From: Patescibacteria group bacterium
GTDB taxonomy: Bacteria > Patescibacteriota > Patescibacteriia > XYB2-FULL-38-15
Assembly: GCA_041653675.1 (NCBI GenBank)
Contig: JBAZEY010000006.1
Span: 837-64,836 of the forward strand
Reading direction: 5' to 3'
DNA length: 64,000 nt
The position numbers were made by a program, and so were the translations under genes. Of this stretch, positions 57,901 through 64,000 are shown piece after piece (within the stretch, counting starts at the first letter, position 1; each line of letters opens with the position of its first letter). A model generated the notes under the pieces. The model saw nothing but the letters and a program-made list of their open reading frames with translations, was not told where the DNA came from and searched no databases.

Positions 57901-59370
57901 CTCGGCGATCACGAGCTTCGTGGAGGCGATCATGGGGAGACCCGACAGGAAACAGATCTCATGGCCGACGTCAATGTCGTCCGCGCTCATGATCCCGAAC
58001 TGGAAGATCTCTCCCAATTCGGGATGGTCGGCTCCGAACCCGCTCAGAGAAAGCTCGACGTACGAGATTTCGACTTCCGGCGGCACCGCGATGTTTTCGA
58101 AGACAATCTGATCGCCGGGACTCCCTTCTCCACTGGGTACGATCTTCTCCTTCCGGATCGAAACCCATTCGCCCGAGAACGGAACCCTCCCATGCAGTGT
58201 CAGCCACGCATCCAAGCTGGCATCACCCTGGAGAACCGTGAAGGCAATCCGAGGGATCACGCCTGTTTCAATCTGAACCATGAAGGCGAACTTCGCCACC
58301 GAAACCTCGTAAGTGCTGCTGTCCATCGGTGCGCACCAAGTGTCCTCGGCACACTCGCTCGGTACCACCTGTCCGTACGTAACCCAGTTGACCCACGGAA
58401 ACACGGGCGGACCACTGATGAAGAGCGAGCTGCAGAAATCCGCGGGGTAACGTGGTTCAGTGACGGTTGAAGAACAGGAATGGAAAGGATGGCTGGTGCA
58501 CGCGGGAGCTGGTGGGCAAACGGAATCTTCGTCCGTCTCGCCGTCGCAGTCGTCGTCCGCGCTGTTGCAGACCTCGGTAGTCGGGATGCAGGCAGGCCCA
58601 CAGTCCTCGTCGACCGCCGTGTCGCAATTGTCATCTCGACCGTTGCCGCAGACCTCGTCGGCGCCGGGATGAACATCCGGATCGTGATCGTCGCAATCGT
58701 AGCGTTCGCCTTCCGGCAGACCGCCGCAGAGCGACCGACCGTCGCCATCGTCATCACGTTCGAAAGCGAAGCACGAATTCGCCAAGCAGCGGAAGACGAG
58801 ACACTCGCCGTCGAAGCGAGCGCAATCGGCATCCGTGCGGCACTCGGGTGGTGTCTCACAGGCCGGATGACCGGCGCAACCAGAGTCGGCACAGTCGGCA
58901 CGACCGTCGCGATCGTTGTCTGCGCCATCCGTACACTCGCCGGGCTCGTCACCCTCGTAGTCGTCGACTTCCACATCCGCATCAGCGTCCGCATCGGCAT
59001 CGACGTCCGCGTCAGCATCCGAAGGCGTCTCGCAGGCCGGATGACCGGCGCAACCAGAGTCGGCGCAGTCGAACTGACCGTCACGGTCATTGTCCACGCC
59101 ATCCGTGCATTCTCCGGGCTCGTCGCCCTCGTAGTCGTCGGTACTTGCATCCGCGTCGGCGTCAGCATCGGCATCCCGGTCGTCCACCGGCTCGCAAGCC
59201 GGGTTGTCGGAGGGAACCATGACGCAGGTGCGGTCAATGCCGCAGATGTCCACCGTGCAGGGGTCGCCGTCGGCGCAATCCGTGTCCGACTGGCACTCGC
59301 TGTCGAGGAACGTGTTGTTGCAACCGATCGCGAACAGAACCACGGACAGAACCATCAACGTATTCTTCAT
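57898..59370 (-). CDS. secreted Cys/Asp-rich lipoprotein paralogue (~490 aa) with duplicated GECTDGxDNDRDGxxDCADSGCAGHPACETP modules and a C-terminal ~170-aa beta-rich domain
   Basis: Same signal, lipobox and first 25 residues as 56548..57627. It has poly-(DA) linkers, an internal exact module duplication and SD AAGGAAGGAAAG. Confidence 0.65.
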   Translation of the reverse strand: MKNTLMVLSVVLFAIGCNNTFLDSECQSDTDCADGDPCTVDICGIDRTCVMVPSDNPACEPVDDRDADADADADASTDDYEGDEPGECTDGVDNDRDGQFDCADSGCAGHPACETPSDADADVDADADADADVEVDDYEGDEPGECTDGADNDRDGRADCADSGCAGHPACETPPECRTDADCARFDGECLVFRCLANSCFAFERDDDGDGRSLCGGLPEGERYDCDDHDPDVHPGADEVCGNGRDDNCDTAVDEDCGPACIPTTEVCNSADDDCDGETDEDSVCPPAPACTSHPFHSCSSTVTEPRYPADFCSSLFISGPPVFPWVNWVTYGQVVPSECAEDTWCAPMDSSTYEVSVAKFAFMVQIETGVIPRIAFTVLQGDASLDAWLTLHGRVPFSGEWVSIRKEKIVPSGEGSPGDQIVFENIAVPPEVEISYVELSLSGFGADHPELGEIFQFGIMSADDIDVGHEICFLSGLPMIASTKLVIAE

Positions 59371-59640
59371 CTTCTTCTCTCTTTCCTTCCTTGTTGTAAA
59401 GAACTTTGTCCCGGACACGCGAAACATCGCGGCCGAGAAACTTTCCTCTCTTCGAATTTGCCACGCAACGCGTGGTACCCTCGAAAGAAGGCGGAACACA
59501 TTTTTTAGGTGGGTTCCGCTAAGCTCGTATTTTTTCTTGCTGTCACCTTGCGGTGATTTAGGAAAATTTACGAGCCACCGTCCGAAGGACTCGGACGATT
59601 TCCGGCATACTTTTGGAAGCCGGCTTGTTTTTGGAAGGGA
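59307..59640 (-). repeat. leader repeat copy 2
   Basis: Identical to 57565-57900. Confidence 0.85.
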
Positions 59641-60123
59641 CTAGAGCGTGATGACGCCGTCGTGACCGTACATCATGACCATCGCCATTGCGCCGTTCTT
59701 CATCACGAGGCCTCCGAGGCCTCGCACCAGCTCCCGCGCTTCCCTTCCGGTTGCGTCATCGGGAGTGGTGGTGCAAAGAGCGACATCGTCGTAGGGATAG
59801 CCGAGCTCGTCGCGGAGCCGCTGCCGCGCTTCGTCCTCCGAGGAGGACGAAGCGATGATGTGTCTCGCGGCGACTTCGATCTCGGCGTCGGTCATGTCGG
59901 GGTAGGACTTGCACTGCACCACGGCGGCTCCGACCAAACCGATGAGCTTGGTGTGCTGGGCCGCACGAATCACGGAGTTGGCGAGCGCCAAGGCCTTGCA
60001 AGGGTTGCGTTCACCCACGAAGGACATGGAGGGGTTGTGACCCCTCGAACGCTGCCATGCAGCGTGCGCCACGACCTGCTCGGCAGAGCCTTCGGGCCAG
60101 CCGAGAACACCAGACTTCTGCAT
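59641..60123 (-). CDS. hypothetical protein (160 aa) in GC island d
   Basis: SD GAAGGGAAGGAAGAG lies before the ATG. GC is high, and no motif is recognised with confidence. Confidence 0.5.
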   Translation of the reverse strand: MQKSGVLGWPEGSAEQVVAHAAWQRSRGHNPSMSFVGERNPCKALALANSVIRAAQHTKLIGLVGAAVVQCKSYPDMTDAEIEVAARHIIASSSSEDEARQRLRDELGYPYDDVALCTTTPDDATGREARELVRGLGGLVMKNGAMAMVMMYGHDGVITL

Positions 60124-60488
60124 CTCTTCCTTCCCTTCTTTCGTCCCGCGATTCTGCGGGAAGTCAACGAACTCTTGTTCCCTCTCCGCACCATGCGGTT
60201 TAGGAAATCTTTCGGACAGAAACTTGCGCTTCTGCCCTGGCTTGAATCGGCGAATCTTCGTCGCCTCAAGTCATTTGGACAAACAAAAACGGGCGGAGAG
60301 AATCCGCCCGAAATTAAATTATTTGTACAAATAATTTAGGGTGGTTTTCCCGCCACTTTGGCGAGTCTCTCTCAAACCGACCTATTTCATTGTCAACAAA
60401 TTAGTATACCATAAAAACAACAATCTGTCAAGAGCCTTTGACAGATTTTAGATGATATTTTGGCTAATTTTAGATAAAATATATTATG

Positions 60489-60553
60489 GCCTGAGCTTGT
60501 CGAAGGCCCCTTTTGATAAACCCTTCGACTTCGCGCTACGCGCTCCGCTCAGG
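60489..60553. repeat. palindromic repeat family A copy 3, at the right edge of GC island d
   Basis: gcctgagcttgtcgaagg ... cccttcgacttcgcgctacgcgctccgctcaggg. Confidence 0.65.
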
Positions 60554-60565
60554 GAATAAAATAAA

Positions 60566-61690
60566 CTACTCCCCTATTTTCTGCTCATTTTGATGCCCCT
60601 TCACCAAAACCCCAATCCAGAGTAAACCCAAAACCGCCAAAATTCCAAGAGCAAATAACTTTCCTTCTGATTTTAAAATTAGGGTTGAAGTGCCAAAAGC
60701 CAGGGTGACAAAATACAAAGAAAGCACGGCTTGGCGCTGGGTCATGCCGGCGTCCAAAAGCCTAAAATGTAAATGTTTTTGGTCAGCTAAAACCAGACTT
60801 TTTGGTCTGTTCCAAAGCCGCCGCAAAATAACAATCGCCGCGTCCAAAATCGGCAAACCCATAATCAAAAGTGTGGTCGCTATTTTACCGCCGGCAATAA
60901 TGGACAAAACTCCCAAAATAAAACCGGTAAACAAACTTCCGCCCTCGCCCAAAAAAATCTTCGCCGGATTAAAATTCCAAACCAAAAATCCCGCGCAGGC
61001 ACCGGCAAAAATTATCGAAAGCATCGCTGTCCCCGGCTGGGCGACTTCGGCCATTAAACTGACGAAAAAAATTATCACCGCGCCGATTGTTGAAACTCCA
61101 GAAACCAAACCGTCTAAACCGTCTAAAAATTTTGTCGTGTACATCATTCCCATTAACCAGAGAAATGTGAAAAGGTCGGCGAGGATCGTAATTTTGTAAG
61201 GAATGCCCTGCCACCAAAAAATAATTTTTTGCCAGGAATCAAGGTGCAACAGTCCGCCGAAAGGATTTGTAATTTGGCTGATACCCACACCACTTACAAT
61301 TACGACCGCCGTGGCGAGCACTGGCCAGATAATTTGATATTTTGGCGCCAATTTATATTTATCATCCAAAAATCCGCCGATCATTAAGAGCGCGCCGCCC
61401 AAAAATACGCCGATTAAATTTTTCGCAAAAATTTCCGTGCCCAAAATTTTATCCGTAAAAAAAACGTAATAAGCTAAAACTCCGAAAAAAGATAAAAAAA
61501 TCGCGAAGCCTCCGAGAAGCGGCATTGGCTTTTTATGAATTTTCCTCGGTTCAGTCGGCTCGTCAACAATTTTGTATTTCAAAGCCAACCGACGGACAAG
61601 CCCGGTCAAAAAAACCGCCAACAAAAAAGTGACGATGAAGGAAAAAAAATACATGAGCATTTTAACTTTATAGTTCTCTCGCTTTTTCAA
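60566..61690 (-). CDS. glycosyltransferase family 4 polyprenyl-phosphate HexNAc-1-phosphate transferase (WecA/TagO/MraY family)
   Basis: 10-11 TM with DDxxD-like DDKYKLAP and the FLDGLDGL motif. Confidence 0.75.
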   Translation of the reverse strand: MKKRENYKVKMLMYFFSFIVTFLLAVFLTGLVRRLALKYKIVDEPTEPRKIHKKPMPLLGGFAIFLSFFGVLAYYVFFTDKILGTEIFAKNLIGVFLGGALLMIGGFLDDKYKLAPKYQIIWPVLATAVVIVSGVGISQITNPFGGLLHLDSWQKIIFWWQGIPYKITILADLFTFLWLMGMMYTTKFLDGLDGLVSGVSTIGAVIIFFVSLMAEVAQPGTAMLSIIFAGACAGFLVWNFNPAKIFLGEGGSLFTGFILGVLSIIAGGKIATTLLIMGLPILDAAIVILRRLWNRPKSLVLADQKHLHFRLLDAGMTQRQAVLSLYFVTLAFGTSTLILKSEGKLFALGILAVLGLLWIGVLVKGHQNEQKIGE

Positions 61691-63926
61691 CTTTAAAATT
61701 CCCGTCGGCTTCCAGAATAATTTTATCGCGCCGGCCGACTTGTTTTGTCAAAAGTAAATTGGCCAAACCATCTTCTACTTTTTCTTGAATTACGCGGCGC
61801 AAAGGCCTCGCACCGAAAACCGGATCAAACCCGGCAGCCGCAAGCGCGGCTACTCCTTCGGGGGTAACCTCAAAGATAATTCCGTGTTTATTTTCCAATT
61901 GTTTGGCAATTTTGTCAAGCATCAGGCGGGCGATGGTTTCAATCTCAGTTTCAGTCAATGGTTTATAAACAACTACCCCGTCAAAACGATTTAAAAATTC
62001 TGGCCGGAAATATGGTTTTAATTCTGTGTTTATTAAGCGGTCTTTAATGGCCTCAATTGATAATCCGCCTCTAATCCCCTCTTGAATCGCTGGAGATCCT
62101 GCGTTTGAAGTGGCGATTAAAATAACACTCGTGAAATCAATTGTTCTTCCTTGATTGTCGGTCAAACGGCCGTCGTCCATCACTTGCAAAAAAACATTTA
62201 AAATATCCGGGTGGGCTTTTTCAATTTCATCCAGAAGCAACAATGTGAAAGGATTTTTTCTGATCGCTTCAGTCAAAAATCCTGGGGAATTGCCGGCCGG
62301 CGCGCCAATTAATTTATAAATACTTGCCTGATCCTGGTATTCTGACATATCAAGACGGACCATATTTTCTTCGCTGCCAAAATAAACTTCGGCCACGGTT
62401 TTCGCGGTTTCAGTTTTCCCAACACCGGTCGGCCCCAAAAATAAAAAATTGGCAATCGGCCGTTTGCCTTCGCGAAGTTCGGCCCGAGAACGCCGGAGCG
62501 CCGCCGCCACCATTTTCACGGCTTCGTCTTGGCCGATAACGCGATGATGCATTACTTCTTCCAACCGCAAGAGTTTTTCAGTTTCGCCTTCAGTTACGGC
62601 CGTCACGGGAATTTTTGTTTTTTGCGCCACAACTTCAGCGACGTCCTCGCCGGCAACAACCGCGCCTTCGCCTTTTTTACTATGGGTGTAATGCGCCGAC
62701 TCGCGTAAAATTTCTATGGCTTTTTCCGGCAAAAATCTTTCGTGCAAATATCTGTCGGACAAAGTGACGGCCTTGGAAAGCGCGTCGTAAGAAAAAATAA
62801 CTTTATTTTGATATTCCACGCCGCCAACTTTCGCTTCCAAAATTTGGATTGCTTCGTTTACTTCCGGCTCTTTCACTTCAACTTTTTGTAAAACATTTCC
62901 AAGCGATGATGATTCAATGTGCTTGCTCCAATTCGCCGACGTGGCTGTCGCCAAAACAAAGAAATAACCTTTGGAAAGTTCATCCGCCAAAACGCGCGAA
63001 AGATCAACGCTTTCCTCCGCCCCCGCGGTGATGCCGATTAATCCTTCAATATCTTGGATATAAAGAACAATGTTGCCGGCGCGGGCAATTTCATCGCAAA
63101 TTATCAAAAGCCGTTCCTGGGCTTCGGCCGGAGTCGCTCCCGCCACGAGTTGCCCAACATTTAAACCAATCAATCTTTTATCCTGTAAAATTTTTGGCAC
63201 GTCTTCTTCGAGCATTCTCTCGGCAATGCCTTCAATAATCGTGTTTTTTCCGACGCCGGGGTGGCCGATTAAAATTACACTCTGATGTCCGCCTTCAATA
63301 ATTCTCATTATTTCTTCAGCTTCTTTTTCGCGGTCAACGCAAGGCGCGAGGTACGCGAACTTTGCCATTAAAGTCAGATCCCGGCTGAATTGGTCCAAAT
63401 ACGGCGTGGCCATGGCGGTCATAGCTCGAGACATTGTTCCGCCCGGACGAAGCCTGGCCAATGCCCGCGACTGTTTCCATTTTTTCCGCAAAAGTTCGGA
63501 AATCTTCAGCCATTCCACCACATTTTGAAGTTTAGTTAAATCAACTTCAAGAGAATATAAAACTTCCTGAATTAATTCTTCCGACTCGGCCGTAGACAAA
63601 AGAAGTTCGGCAATGTCAATCTGTTCGCGGCGCGCCTCGTATGCTTTAAAATATGATTCAAAGAAAACTAAAATTCCCGCCGGAGAAATGCGGGGTTCTT
63701 CCCGTTCCGGCAAATCGGGCGGCAGAGAGGAGAGCTGTTTAATAATTTTTTCCTGTAAAGTTTTTAAATTCACTCCGAGCCGCCCGAAAACCACAGCCGA
63801 TTTTCCGGAAAAAAGAAGCGCGCCAAAAATATGGAGCGGCGAAACTTCCGCGTGGCCGAATTTCAACGCCGCTTTCCAGGCGTCAACTAACGCGTGCTCG
63901 GCCTCAAGGCTTAAAGTTTTAGTCAC
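61668..63926 (-). CDS. ClpC/ClpB-like AAA+ chaperone ATPase (Clp N-domain plus two AAA modules)
   Basis: Clp_N repeats, Walker A GHPGVGKN and GPTGVGKTE, and a sensor-2 region. It lacks a long ClpB middle domain, so it is ClpC-like. Confidence 0.85.
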   Translation of the reverse strand: MTKTLSLEAEHALVDAWKAALKFGHAEVSPLHIFGALLFSGKSAVVFGRLGVNLKTLQEKIIKQLSSLPPDLPEREEPRISPAGILVFFESYFKAYEARREQIDIAELLLSTAESEELIQEVLYSLEVDLTKLQNVVEWLKISELLRKKWKQSRALARLRPGGTMSRAMTAMATPYLDQFSRDLTLMAKFAYLAPCVDREKEAEEIMRIIEGGHQSVILIGHPGVGKNTIIEGIAERMLEEDVPKILQDKRLIGLNVGQLVAGATPAEAQERLLIICDEIARAGNIVLYIQDIEGLIGITAGAEESVDLSRVLADELSKGYFFVLATATSANWSKHIESSSLGNVLQKVEVKEPEVNEAIQILEAKVGGVEYQNKVIFSYDALSKAVTLSDRYLHERFLPEKAIEILRESAHYTHSKKGEGAVVAGEDVAEVVAQKTKIPVTAVTEGETEKLLRLEEVMHHRVIGQDEAVKMVAAALRRSRAELREGKRPIANFLFLGPTGVGKTETAKTVAEVYFGSEENMVRLDMSEYQDQASIYKLIGAPAGNSPGFLTEAIRKNPFTLLLLDEIEKAHPDILNVFLQVMDDGRLTDNQGRTIDFTSVILIATSNAGSPAIQEGIRGGLSIEAIKDRLINTELKPYFRPEFLNRFDGVVVYKPLTETEIETIARLMLDKIAKQLENKHGIIFEVTPEGVAALAAAGFDPVFGARPLRRVIQEKVEDGLANLLLTKQVGRRDKIILEADGNFKVEKAREL

Positions 63927-64000
63927 GTTTATTTTTTCTTTTGCCGGCAGCTGCCGAACCGCCGCCCAATCGGTTATTTCCCCGACCGGCGCCGCTTTTA

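Noticed and set aside
56548-59499. ORF-track N-terminal extensions MFRLLSRVPRVAWQIRREESFSAAMFRVSGTKFFTTRKEREKK... on both large lipoprotein genes (to 57756 and 59499)
   Set aside because: The extension lies in the duplicated leader. The internal ATG (MKNTLMV...) has an AAGGAAGG SD and is immediately followed by a signal peptide and lipobox. The upstream frame is open only by chance in GC-rich sequence.
56372-59640. Three near-identical tandem repeats that could be mistaken for a CRISPR-like or satellite array
   Set aside because: Units are 175-335 bp with ~1.4-kb unique spacers that are protein-coding. The repeats contain the SD and first codons of paralogous genes. No short regular repeat-spacer periodicity is present anywhere in the window.
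17560-60350. Possibility that the GC-rich islands are assembly chimeras from a co-occurring high-GC organism
   Set aside because: Four independent islands each begin and end inside intergenic regions, with host terminators and promoters intact. Two are bounded by a repeat family also found elsewhere in host sequence. The genes use an SD spacing consistent within the contig. This cannot be fully excluded without read data, so it is noted as a check rather than adopted.

Overview
This is a 64-kb AT-rich bacterial chromosomal segment. Its gene content fits a small-genome Patescibacteria/CPR-like organism: metG, rsmI, rpoD-dnaG, secDF, secA, murB, murC, glyA-folD, dnaB-recR and a clpC-like gene, plus archaeal-type pdaD, Elp3, a CDP-archaeol-synthase-like protein and a GT35 alpha-glucan phosphorylase. 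There are two tRNA genes (Asn-GTT, Ser-GGA), no rRNA and no CRISPR array. The accessory content is as follows. (1) A very AT-rich four-gene operon (EcoRI-family N6A MTase, ParB-like nuclease-domain protein, Dam-like MTase, DUF262+HNH protein) sits beside tRNA-Asn, and a 23-nt duplicated tRNA 3' end lies between them. (2) Four strongly GC-rich islands are inserted at intergenic terminator/promoter junctions. Each carries its own sigma70-like promoter, strong GGAGG Shine-Dalgarno site and terminator, and each encodes a Cys-rich secreted protein or lipoprotein. One island holds tandem paralogues with identical ~335-bp leaders and DxDxDGxxDC-type Ca/metal-binding repeats. (3) Two palindromic repeat families are present: family A flanks the GC islands, and a family B copy is inserted in-frame in murC. 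(4) Both tRNAs are followed by a conserved ~48-nt module plus a copy of the tRNA's own 3' end. (5) A GC-rich structured segment downstream of secA may be an ncRNA. (6) A csoR-copA copper operon carries a CsoR-type operator. All calls are based on reading the sequence by eye. No database search was run.
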